64,000 nt of DNA from Acidobacteriota bacterium (GTDB taxonomy: Bacteria > Acidobacteriota > UBA6911). The position numbers and the translations under genes are program-made. This document shows positions 17,418 through 26,527 of this stretch, in pieces; position 1 is the first letter of the stretch, and every line of letters starts with the position of its first letter. The notes below the pieces were generated by a model. It saw only the letters and a list, made by a program, of their open reading frames with translations, ran no database searches and was not told the DNA's origin. The stretch lies in NCBI GenBank assembly GCA_963664705.1, contig OY761556.1, positions 6,464,001 through 6,528,000 of the forward strand. The letters are read 5' to 3'.

Positions 17418-20138
17418 ATGTTTACCTGCGCCAAGATTATGAATGGAAGCTCCTATCTGGGGAATCACCTGACTGCCAACGACTACTACTGTGAAAACGA
17501 GCATGTCGAGGGCAAATGGGTAGGCCAAGGAGCTGAAAGGCTTTCTTTGGCCGGCAAATCCATCAGCAAAGACGATGCTGCTTTTGAAGCCGTCCGGCGG
17601 AATTTGCGCCCGGACGGCTTCGGCAAGCTAACGCCGAGAACGGCTGAGAATGGTGTTCGCTTTTTTGACTTTCAATGCGCCCCTCATAAAAGCGTATCGA
17701 TTATGGCAGTCACTCTCGATGATCAGCGCTTATACGGTGCTCATGATCGCGCAGCAGCCAAAGCATTCGCTGAACTCGAACGCTTTGCTGCGTTCCGTTC
17801 GGGCCGAACCCGACAAGCTGAGGTTAGTGGCAATCTTTGCGCCGCAGCATTCCGGCATGATGCATCCCGTTCGCTTGATCCTCAGATTCACACACATTTT
17901 GTTGTTGCCAATGCGACATGGGACCCTGGGCATGAGCGCTGGCTTGCACTCGATACTTGCGAAATGTTCAAGGCTATCCGGTATGCCGGGAAGTTCTATC
18001 AGAACGAACTTGCACTTCAATGCCGCCAATTGGGTTACCAAATCCAACCTGTCCGCAATGAAAAAGGAATAGTTGAAGGATTTGAATTGAATGGTGTTTC
18101 GGCTGAAATTCAGGAACGATTCAGCAAGCGCCGCGCGGAGGTTGAAACCGGCATTGAAAGGTTTCGAAGAGAGAAAGGCCGAGAGCCCAACCTTCGTGAA
18201 ATCCATGTTATTACCCGCGAGACCCGCAACGTAAAGCTCAAAGAGATCAGCACACCGGAAGTCCGGGCAAGGCAACGTTCTCAGCTTTCCAAAGAAGAAT
18301 TATTGACGCTCGAAAGCGTCAAGAGAGCAACGCTTGTGCACGCCCTCGAGAAACATGGCATGCGCTCCGCATGGAAAGCATTGTTGCAGGCTCGCGATCA
18401 CCTTTTTGAACGCCATTCAGTACTGCCCGGTCATAAAGTATTTGCGGAAACCCTTAACCAGCAACTGGGCTATCTGGACGCCTCCTCGCTACGACGCTAT
18501 ATGCATAGCGCCTACAACGGACTTGTCCGCCTGACAGAGCATGTACGCAATCCGCTCTTATCATGTCAATGGAGCACAAAACAGGGTCTCAATCTTGAAC
18601 GCTGGTCTATTGAATTCGTCAATCAGACTCAGAGTTGCTGTTCGCCTCTGGGTAAGACTGAGGGTGTTGCCTTTGGTTTCACTTCGGATGAACAAAAGGA
18701 TGTGGTGTTTGAGACCCTTCAGAACACCGATCAGGTTTATTCCATTCGCGGATGTGCTGGAGCCGGCAAGACGACGTCTCTTCAGGAAATTCACAAAGGC
18801 CTGGAGGCATCAGGAAGAACCGCATTCTATCTTGCTCCAACAGCATCAGCTGCCAAAGTGCTCCAGAAAGATGGATTTGAGCATGCAACCACTGTTGACG
18901 ATTTCCTGACGAATCAGGATAGGATCAGCGGTCTGAGAAACTCCGTCGTTATTATTGACGAATCCAGTCTCCAATCTAGTCAGATGGGAGCATCCATTCT
19001 TCAGACTGCTCAGAATCATGATGCTCGCGTTCTTCTGGTCGGAGATGTTCGACAGCATGTTTCGGTTGAGGCTGGAGACTTCCTGAGGATTCTCGAACAA
19101 CATTCCAATTTGGGCCAATCAGAGCTGAAAGATATTCGCCGGCAGCAGGTGCATGAGTATAACGCTGCCATCCGGACGATGGCTGGAGGAAATGCCCTGG
19201 CAGGGATGGTTCAACTGGATGAACTGGGCTGGGTAAAGGAAGCAAAGGGGCTATACATTCAGAATGCGGCCGCTGCTTACTTGCAAGCTACGGGCAACGG
19301 AGCCAATTTGAATCGATGCATCGCCATTTCGCCAACCTGGGAAGAAAATCACCGATTTACCGTGGCTATCCGGGATGAGCTGAAACAGCGCAAGGTTTTG
19401 GCTAACGGCTCCATACTCACAACTCATGAGCAATTGGACTGGACAGATGAACAGAAGAGAAACGTCGGGAACTACCGCCCCGGAATGCTCGTGTCATTCA
19501 ATGGTCAATATGGATCCATCGAGCGCGGTCAAACCTTGCCGATCCAGCGCATTGAATCAGGCCAAATATGGCTTCAAGGCTACGGCCACTCCATTGATGT
19601 CGGCAGATGTTCTCGAAAGATCTCGGTTTCGCTGCCACGATATTTGGAGGTTTGCTCCGGCGATAAAATCCTGATCCGCCGCAATCACCGGCAAGATGGT
19701 CTGGTTAATGGACAGGTTTTAACTATTAAGCGTTTTTGCTCGGATGGTGCGATTGAAACAAATGAAGGCCCTCGAATCTCTCCGGGCTTCCGCCATTTCA
19801 GTCATGGATATGTGGTGACCAGCCATAAGTCTCAAGGGCGCACTCATGACAAGGTCATCATTGCTGCAGAACAGCTTGATATGAAAGCTGCATATGTTGC
19901 CTGTTCCAGAGGGCGCCAGGAGGCAACAGTCTTCACGCCGGACAAGGAGCACCTTATGACCGGTCTGAAACGCTCGTCAGATCGACTAGCCGCTCTGGAT
20001 GTATTTGAATCCCCCCGGACAGCATTCTGGCAGCAGCATGAACGGACCGCTCGCCAGCGAGCCAGAGAAACGAATTACAGCCCTGTTCACAGTAACTCAA
20101 TCGACCGATCGCCGTCGTTAGAACATTCGATCGGATAA
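17418..20138 (+). CDS. MobF (TrwC-family) relaxase-helicase
   Basis: N-terminal DYY tyrosines, HDASRSLDPQIHTH HUH motif, GCAGAGKTT Walker A, IIDES, HGYVVTSHKSQG, YVACSR. Confidence 0.93.
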   Translation: MFTCAKIMNGSSYLGNHLTANDYYCENEHVEGKWVGQGAERLSLAGKSISKDDAAFEAVRRNLRPDGFGKLTPRTAENGVRFFDFQCAPHKSVSIMAVTLDDQRLYGAHDRAAAKAFAELERFAAFRSGRTRQAEVSGNLCAAAFRHDASRSLDPQIHTHFVVANATWDPGHERWLALDTCEMFKAIRYAGKFYQNELALQCRQLGYQIQPVRNEKGIVEGFELNGVSAEIQERFSKRRAEVETGIERFRREKGREPNLREIHVITRETRNVKLKEISTPEVRARQRSQLSKEELLTLESVKRATLVHALEKHGMRSAWKALLQARDHLFERHSVLPGHKVFAETLNQQLGYLDASSLRRYMHSAYNGLVRLTEHVRNPLLSCQWSTKQGLNLERWSIEFVNQTQSCCSPLGKTEGVAFGFTSDEQKDVVFETLQNTDQVYSIRGCAGAGKTTSLQEIHKGLEASGRTAFYLAPTASAAKVLQKDGFEHATTVDDFLTNQDRISGLRNSVVIIDESSLQSSQMGASILQTAQNHDARVLLVGDVRQHVSVEAGDFLRILEQHSNLGQSELKDIRRQQVHEYNAAIRTMAGGNALAGMVQLDELGWVKEAKGLYIQNAAAAYLQATGNGANLNRCIAISPTWEENHRFTVAIRDELKQRKVLANGSILTTHEQLDWTDEQKRNVGNYRPGMLVSFNGQYGSIERGQTLPIQRIESGQIWLQGYGHSIDVGRCSRKISVSLPRYLEVCSGDKILIRRNHRQDGLVNGQVLTIKRFCSDGAIETNEGPRISPGFRHFSHGYVVTSHKSQGRTHDKVIIAAEQLDMKAAYVACSRGRQEATVFTPDKEHLMTGLKRSSDRLAALDVFESPRTAFWQQHERTARQRARETNYSPVHSNSIDRSPSLEHSIG

Positions 20139-20150
20139 AGGAGAATAAGA

Positions 20151-20636
20151 ATGAACCTCAAGTGCTATACGCCTCGTGTTGAGCATCGGGCTGCTTTGAT
20201 CGGCGGCCTGTTCATAAGACCAAACAATGACAGTTGCCTTGTTCCCGATCACTGCCTGGTCAAAGCTGAACTACTCAGCGGGTCACGGAAGCTGATGCTT
20301 ACATATTCGTACTGCATTGTTGAAGTGGCGGGACGATGCCTGGGTGCTATTTATGACGATGCCTGCATCGGCAAGCTTGGTACGGTTCGAGTAGCATCTC
20401 CTGAAGAAAATGAGTCTGCTCCAGACAACCAGCTTTGTGTAGCCAGTCTTTTGATAACGCCGCCCCTTGAAACCGCATATCCCGAATCCGAACAGGAGTG
20501 GATCAATGGGCAGATTTTGCTGGATAGCCACAAGAGCCAAAGTGGAAATTCTGGGATTGGTCCCTTCCAATCCCAGACACAATACCTCCAAGCAAATCTT
20601 GGAGGTATTGCGAAGAGGCACCAAAGCGGCACCTAG
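20151..20636 (+). CDS. Hypothetical protein
   Basis: RBS aggag; 161-aa ORF whose 3' end overlaps the oriT candidate. Confidence 0.5.
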   Translation: MNLKCYTPRVEHRAALIGGLFIRPNNDSCLVPDHCLVKAELLSGSRKLMLTYSYCIVEVAGRCLGAIYDDACIGKLGTVRVASPEENESAPDNQLCVASLLITPPLETAYPESEQEWINGQILLDSHKSQSGNSGIGPFQSQTQYLQANLGGIAKRHQSGT

Positions 20637-20696
20637 TAGCCACTTCGGTGCCACTTTTGCCTTCAATCATTCGACTAGTGGCACCAAAGCGGCACC
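20572..20696. other. Candidate oriT: 13-bp perfect hairpin, nic-like sequence and direct repeats
   Basis: caatacctccaag-N5-cttggaggtattg (20580-20610); the minus strand continues GGTATTGTGTCT; ggcaccaaagcggcacc occurs at 20617 and 20680. Confidence 0.5.
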
Positions 20697-20744
20697 ATGG
20701 TGCAACTTTGTTCCAATCCTATCTCTAATGGAGACACGAATTAC

Positions 20745-21137
20745 ATGTCAGGCAAACCATTTCAATCGTGCTTAATTCCTTACGAAACGGAAATCCTATC
20801 GCTAAGGCATCAAAGACCGCCAATGCCTTACGCAAAGATCGCCACGATATTAAGTCATAAACACGACATCAATGTTTGCCGCCAAACAATTAGCAAATTC
20901 ATCAGAAGGAGATTGCGCCGGCGAAGGTTTTTTGGCGAAAGACGGATTATCTGTTCGAACAAGCCCACTCCAAACATTCCTTCCACAAAAATCCTGAGTC
21001 CGGCATCCAAAGGGACCGAGCGCCCTATTTTTGAATACACCCCAAGTGATCGCTATAACCTTACGCGGCTTACGCCCGAAGAAGCCGCCAGACGCAAAAA
21101 AGAACTCGAAGAGGAGAACAATAAATGTCTACCGTAA
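20745..21137 (+). CDS. HTH DNA-binding protein (relaxosome accessory/StbA-like role inferred)
   Basis: MPYAKIATILSHKHDINVCRQTISKFI helix-turn-helix-like segment; basic. Confidence 0.6.
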   Translation: MSGKPFQSCLIPYETEILSLRHQRPPMPYAKIATILSHKHDINVCRQTISKFIRRRLRRRRFFGERRIICSNKPTPNIPSTKILSPASKGTERPIFEYTPSDRYNLTRLTPEEAARRKKELEEENNKCLP

Positions 21138-21829
21138 TTTTCACTGCAGGCGCAAAGGGTGGAACTGGCAAATCAACAGCCACGCGCTTTCTTATTACAT
21201 GTCTTAGAGAGCGGAATATCAATCCGTTGATTTTGGATATGGACGATGAAAATCGGACCATATCTCGATTCTTTCCCGAAGCCATTCAGATCGAGATAAA
21301 AAAGAAATCATCACACGATGTCCTTGTTGAAAGGGCTATGAATGGTGACCCTTTTATTATTGCCGACCTAAAAGCGGGGACCGGACGCGAGGTTCTCGAC
21401 TGGTGGCTTGATGTTCCATTTGAGGAGCTTCAATCAGTAGTAAATTTCATCTGCATCGGATCCATTACCAGCTCCCCAGACAGTGTTCAGTCATTTCTTC
21501 ATTGGGTATCAGCACTTCAAAATAGGGTTGCCTACGTTGTTTTTAAAAATCTGAAAGATGGCGACAGCCTGGCTGATTATGACTATAGCGATGAGGCGCT
21601 CAAGTTCAAGGCAAAGCTCAACCCCTATCACGTAGTGATGCCACGACTCGATGAAGAGTATGCGACAGAATTGGAGCGATTGAATCTGACGATTGCGGAG
21701 GTTCTAAATCCTGGGAACAAGTCAATTGGCCTCTTGTTGGGGAAACTGATGGTGAGAGCACGGCTTAGACGCTACCAGCATAACATTTACGAGCAGATCA
21801 ATCCCATTATCGATGCCTTAAATATTTGA
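21125..21829 (+). CDS. ParA/MinD-like ATPase (StbB/MobD-like)
   Basis: Deviant Walker A KGGTGKST; LDMD; ADL. Confidence 0.8.
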   Translation: MSTVIFTAGAKGGTGKSTATRFLITCLRERNINPLILDMDDENRTISRFFPEAIQIEIKKKSSHDVLVERAMNGDPFIIADLKAGTGREVLDWWLDVPFEELQSVVNFICIGSITSSPDSVQSFLHWVSALQNRVAYVVFKNLKDGDSLADYDYSDEALKFKAKLNPYHVVMPRLDEEYATELERLNLTIAEVLNPGNKSIGLLLGKLMVRARLRRYQHNIYEQINPIIDALNI

Positions 21830-21836
21830 GGATTCC

Positions 21837-22673
21837 ATGTCCCCGGCAACTCAGCAATCTCCTTACGAAAAACTAGCTGAAGGCCTTCCCGACAAGCAAA
21901 GAGAAGCGTACTTTAAAACTCTGCATGAAGTCGGAATTAGTCCCGAGGATGTCGAACTCGCGCGGCTGTTGAAAGCTCTTCAGCTTTATAAGGCTTACTA
22001 CGAATCGATTCCGGAGGCTGTCAAAAATTCTGCCAGCAAGATCGACCAGTTAAAACAGGAGATTGAGAAGCTCAGTGTTGAAGCACGAGCAGGCCTTGAC
22101 GCTGGGGCGAGGCTTGCCGGCCAGGTCATCAATGAAGCAGAGAAGGTTTCCAAAGGCGTTTCGGGAATTGGCGTTTATGTCGATACTGCCATGCGCCAAT
22201 CCGCTGAAGGATTGACGAAACATCTGTCGGAGCAATTAGCAAAGGGGATAAAGGATTCTCTGACCCCGCTTGAATCAAGACTGATTCAGCTTGTCGCCGC
22301 AAACAAGGCATTTGATGATGCGATAGTCCAGAGCAAGAAGGCGGCTAGTCTGCTTCATCAAAATGCGACAATCGCAAAAAAGTCCCAATTGCGGACATAT
22401 GCCATGTGCAGTTTGGTAATCGTCTGCTCGCTAGTGGCAGTTTCCTGGTTTTGGCTCCACAGAAGCTATGAAGATCAGCTGGCGACCAAATACGAAACAC
22501 TGGTAAAGCAGAACGATAGGAACCGGGTAATTTTGCTGCGGCTTTCAAAACTCAACAGATCACTCGAACTGCAACTCGATCCCGATCGCTCTGGTCATGG
22601 ATTTCTCATTCTTAAAGATGCAACCGGCTGGCAATCGGCAACCAAGCAGGGAGTTATCGAATTCGGCAAATAG
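21837..22673 (+). CDS. Coiled-coil membrane protein (hypothetical)
   Basis: 278 aa, coiled coil with one TM segment; in operon. Confidence 0.65.
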   Translation: MSPATQQSPYEKLAEGLPDKQREAYFKTLHEVGISPEDVELARLLKALQLYKAYYESIPEAVKNSASKIDQLKQEIEKLSVEARAGLDAGARLAGQVINEAEKVSKGVSGIGVYVDTAMRQSAEGLTKHLSEQLAKGIKDSLTPLESRLIQLVAANKAFDDAIVQSKKAASLLHQNATIAKKSQLRTYAMCSLVIVCSLVAVSWFWLHRSYEDQLATKYETLVKQNDRNRVILLRLSKLNRSLELQLDPDRSGHGFLILKDATGWQSATKQGVIEFGK

Positions 22674-22687
22674 CCCCAGGAGAAGCT

Positions 22688-24559
22688 ATGTCATCGCGTG
22701 TTTTCGTCGCCCATGACCGAGCGGTTTCAGCCGCCAGGATGTATATCCAGATGGCTGTTGTTGGATTGGTTCTTGCGGCACTTATCTATGGAATCTCGAT
22801 GAGCGTCTTGTTCACCCATTATGTTTCAGGCCCCGTTCCGGAAAGAATTTATGCCAATGGCATATCCCGAATTATCATGAAACCTGATGCGAAACGCCTC
22901 CGAGTTACATCGCTAGCAAAATATTTCGTTTCCTTCAATCCGATAAATTATTTCAACCTGAAACTCAGCACAGGGCAGACAACAACATCGCACAACTCAG
23001 AAATGGTTGAGGCGGAATTACAGCCATTGCTGCAGCGCCGCGAGGTTCCAAGGGAAACATATCGGAAGGCAATCTATCTGATCACCAACGGCCGCGTTGA
23101 AGATCTGCGCTGGATCTGTCCGCTAAGCCTGCTTTTCTTTCCGGTATTCGGTTGTGTCTATTTCTTTGTGTTCAGCATGGTGAACAAGAAGACAGAAAAG
23201 ACCCGGTTTGTGCGTGGTGCGGATTTGATGCCCTTTACCAAAATGAAGCAGTCCCTTGACCAGGCTATCAAAGAGGAGGAGACCAATCCTTCATTTGTGC
23301 CCCTCTGCCTTGGGAAAGCGGCCTTACCGGATTCAGTATCCCGGCGGCACATCCTTCTATTGGGAACCACCGGAACCGGGAAATCGGTTACGCTCAATGA
23401 TTATCTGACAACGCTAAAAGCTCGAAGATCGGCTTCCAAAGAAGTCAACAAATGCATCATCTATGACGTAAAGGGGGAGTTCTGCGGCAAACACCTGGAA
23501 GAAGATGATATCGTTTTCTATCCGTTTGATTCGCGATCCCTCTCGTGGAGCTTTTTTAATGAGATTTTTGATTATCCAGATTTGGATGTGCTTTGCACGT
23601 CGCTTTACGAGCCTCCCAAAAGCTCACTGGATGCGTATTGGTATAACGCAGCGCGAGACGTATTTCGTACTGGGCTCTTCTATCTGCTTCGGTCAGGGAA
23701 GAAAAGCAATCGTGACATTTGGGAGTTCTTTTCCCTGCCTCTATCGAAGATAAGGGATGCGCTTTACACTCTTCCGGTCCGGGAACTCGGCGCTATCAAG
23801 CACATTGATAAAGCTGAAAGCAACCAGGCGGCATCGGTAATTTCAATTCTGCAGGAGAGGATTTCCTTCTTCCGCTATCTGACCGATAGCGACGGCACTT
23901 TTTCATTCCGCAAATATATCCAGGATGAATCCGACCGGCGAAACCTGTTCCTCATGAACATCCGGCAATACGAGGCGATCTTTAAACCCCTCATGACCTT
24001 TGTTATCGACATCATGACACGCGAGGTCCTTTCGCTATCCGATAGCCACAAGCGCCGGATCACATTTGTTGTTGATGAATTCGGATCGCTTTCCAAAATG
24101 CCGTGCATTTTTGATTTTCTCACCATGGGGCGATCAAAGGGCGGATTCCTGGTACTGGCAAATCAGGATCTGGGGTCCGTATCGGATATTTATGGCAATG
24201 ATCGCAAGGAGACCTTTTTTAATAACTTCAACCTGCATCTCGTATTCCGCTTAAACGACCCGACAACTGCCGACTTCCTTTCGAGGGCATTTGGCGAGAG
24301 AGAAGTGGTTAAGCAATTTCAGAGCAGCCAATTCAGCCCGAATGACCTTGGCGACCGGTTTTCAATGAGCGAGCAGGAGAAGCTGGAAAAAATCGTACTT
24401 TCCACGGAGATCCAAAATCTTCCCAATTTCGAGGCCTATCTGAAGATTGCTAACTACGGTCTTACGCGAATGAAAATGCCTCAAAAGTTTTTACCGCTGG
24501 TTTGTGAGGAGTTTTTACCGAAGGACTTCGGCCTTGAACAAATGCTTAAGCAAAACTAA
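22688..24559 (+). CDS. Type IV coupling protein (TraD/TrwB family)
   Basis: Two N-terminal TM segments, GTTGTGKS, YDVKGE, VDEFGSL, GRSKG, ANQ. Confidence 0.92.
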   Translation: MSSRVFVAHDRAVSAARMYIQMAVVGLVLAALIYGISMSVLFTHYVSGPVPERIYANGISRIIMKPDAKRLRVTSLAKYFVSFNPINYFNLKLSTGQTTTSHNSEMVEAELQPLLQRREVPRETYRKAIYLITNGRVEDLRWICPLSLLFFPVFGCVYFFVFSMVNKKTEKTRFVRGADLMPFTKMKQSLDQAIKEEETNPSFVPLCLGKAALPDSVSRRHILLLGTTGTGKSVTLNDYLTTLKARRSASKEVNKCIIYDVKGEFCGKHLEEDDIVFYPFDSRSLSWSFFNEIFDYPDLDVLCTSLYEPPKSSLDAYWYNAARDVFRTGLFYLLRSGKKSNRDIWEFFSLPLSKIRDALYTLPVRELGAIKHIDKAESNQAASVISILQERISFFRYLTDSDGTFSFRKYIQDESDRRNLFLMNIRQYEAIFKPLMTFVIDIMTREVLSLSDSHKRRITFVVDEFGSLSKMPCIFDFLTMGRSKGGFLVLANQDLGSVSDIYGNDRKETFFNNFNLHLVFRLNDPTTADFLSRAFGEREVVKQFQSSQFSPNDLGDRFSMSEQEKLEKIVLSTEIQNLPNFEAYLKIANYGLTRMKMPQKFLPLVCEEFLPKDFGLEQMLKQN

Positions 24560-24718
24560 CAGGAGATTGAAAATGTTCTCAAATGACAAAAACAGTTCAT
24601 CAAATGAGCTCATAAAAACCGACACCAATTCTTTGGAATCCCTGGGCGGTGAGCCTCTTGAAGGATCCGGATTTGAAGGCGAAATTCCTGAAGCCGATTC
24701 TGAATGGGAGGATCCCCG

Positions 24719-25738
24719 ATGAATTCCAGAACTCCTTCAATCAAGCGAGATCTTCGCCAGGAAATCACAGATTCCATCATCGCTGCTATGGAAAAGGGAA
24801 CGGCTCCCTGGCAGAAACCTTGGCAAGCAGGTGCTTATGAAATGCCGATGAATCCAACTTCAGGGAAACCTTATCGCGGCGGCAACGCGCTTCAATTAAT
24901 GGTGACGGGCATGCGCCATGAATATGAAGACCCGAGGTGGCTTACATACCGCCAGGCGCAAGAAAATGAATGGCAGGTGCGGAAAGGCGAGAAAGGCACA
25001 CAGATTGAATTTTGGCAATTTCCGAAAGGCAAATCTGAAGACCTTGATGATTCCAGGGATCTACCTGCCGGCGAATCCAAGGATAAATTCATTTACAGGG
25101 TTTATACCGTTTTTAATGCGAGCCAGATTGAGGGGATCCCGGCGCATACACCTCGTGTTCGCCAGGAGTGGGAAGTTCATCAATCGGCAGAAACCATCCT
25201 GCAAAACAGCGGAGCGCGAATAATCCATGATCAACAGGATCGGGCATTCTATAGCCGCCTCACAGATGACATTCACCTCCCGCCCCGAGCTGCATTCAAC
25301 TCGGCAGGCGACTACTATGGGACCGCCCTTCATGAACTCGCACATTTCAGTGGAGCCGAGAGCCGCTTGAACCGGGAAACCCTGAACGAAAGCTATCGCT
25401 TTGGCGATCCAAATTATGCCAAAGAGGAGTTGCGAGCAGAACTGGCCAGCGTTTTCCTTATGGCCGAGCGCGGCATCCCTCACAATCCAGATAGCCATGC
25501 CGCCTATATTGGATCTTGGGTCAAATCACTCCAGGACGATAAGCATGAAATCTTCCGTGCTGCCCGCGACGCTCATCGCGCCGCCGATCTCTTGCTCGCA
25601 TTGGAACATTGCAAAACGATAGACCAGGCTCTTGAGCATATAAAGACTTCGCCTGGGCTCCAGCCGACGAATCTGGAAACTCGGATCACTCCTTCCATAA
25701 TAGGAAGAGAAAATCCATCAATTGAGATGGAGCCTTAG
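24719..25738 (+). CDS. ardC: ArdC antirestriction protein (ssDNA-binding plus zincin-like domain)
   Basis: PWQKPW, NPTSGKPYRGGN, WLTYRQA, VRKGEKG, VFNASQ, HELAH, EELRAE. Confidence 0.9.
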   Translation: MNSRTPSIKRDLRQEITDSIIAAMEKGTAPWQKPWQAGAYEMPMNPTSGKPYRGGNALQLMVTGMRHEYEDPRWLTYRQAQENEWQVRKGEKGTQIEFWQFPKGKSEDLDDSRDLPAGESKDKFIYRVYTVFNASQIEGIPAHTPRVRQEWEVHQSAETILQNSGARIIHDQQDRAFYSRLTDDIHLPPRAAFNSAGDYYGTALHELAHFSGAESRLNRETLNESYRFGDPNYAKEELRAELASVFLMAERGIPHNPDSHAAYIGSWVKSLQDDKHEIFRAARDAHRAADLLLALEHCKTIDQALEHIKTSPGLQPTNLETRITPSIIGRENPSIEMEP

Positions 25739-25879
25739 ACTTAGCCGATTCAGGCTAGGCTCGTCGCCATATCCTGCCAGGTTTGCGGTCGGTAAAATGA
25801 AACAGCTGGTTACGGGATAAATATTGGCGGGCCACCGGCGTTCTGGTTTCGACCTCGTTTTTTCAGCCTAATCGAGATT

Positions 25880-26527
25880 TTATACAGGCAGGAATAGGTG
25901 ATAGATGACGAATACATTTCGTGAAAGGGAGTGCACTGATTCGCCGACTCCCGGCTTGCCGGCCAGAATAGATGATTGCTTGAAAGAGAGTGGTTTGGCA
26001 CACTTTAGTTTCTCGCGATTAATCTCGATCAATTTGTGAACGGAATTGAGTGCTCTCTCGGCATCGCCGTCGAAAACATAACCGAGCATGCCGCCATTCG
26101 CCAGCCCTTTTGAGTAACGCTCTTCTATAAAACACATCATTCCTTGGTCCCCAGTCACGTACTCGGAGACAAGCGATTGCCACCCGGATGGAAACGACAC
26201 GCTTAATCGCTTTGCTTCAATTACAAAGCAAGGCCACGGCTTTCTTGCGCCGGTTGAAAAAAGAAACAGTAGATCAGCTCTGCCTAACTGCTTTTGCCGT
26301 GCTCTCCTTCGGTCATACAGGGGAATCTCCCGAAATATCTCAACTGGGCGTTCTCTAAAATCCTGATCTTGGTCAAGCAAGTCGCGCAGACGGTCACTGA
26401 GGTCATTTTCGAGTTCAGTTTCATGTGATTTCTTCAGCCGCGCGCCACTTCGAAGTACTGCCGCGAGGATGAAGGGAATCTCTTCTTCTGGAAATAGAGG
26501 GATCCATTCGGCTGCATCGTTTCTCAT
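25880..26527 (-). CDS. Putative PD-(D/E)XK nuclease-like protein
   Basis: E...GRADL...IEAKRL pattern; ATGA-coupled to the methylase. Confidence 0.55.
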   Translation of the reverse strand: MRNDAAEWIPLFPEEEIPFILAAVLRSGARLKKSHETELENDLSDRLRDLLDQDQDFRERPVEIFREIPLYDRRRARQKQLGRADLLFLFSTGARKPWPCFVIEAKRLSVSFPSGWQSLVSEYVTGDQGMMCFIEERYSKGLANGGMLGYVFDGDAERALNSVHKLIEINREKLKCAKPLSFKQSSILAGKPGVGESVHSLSRNVFVIYHLFLPV

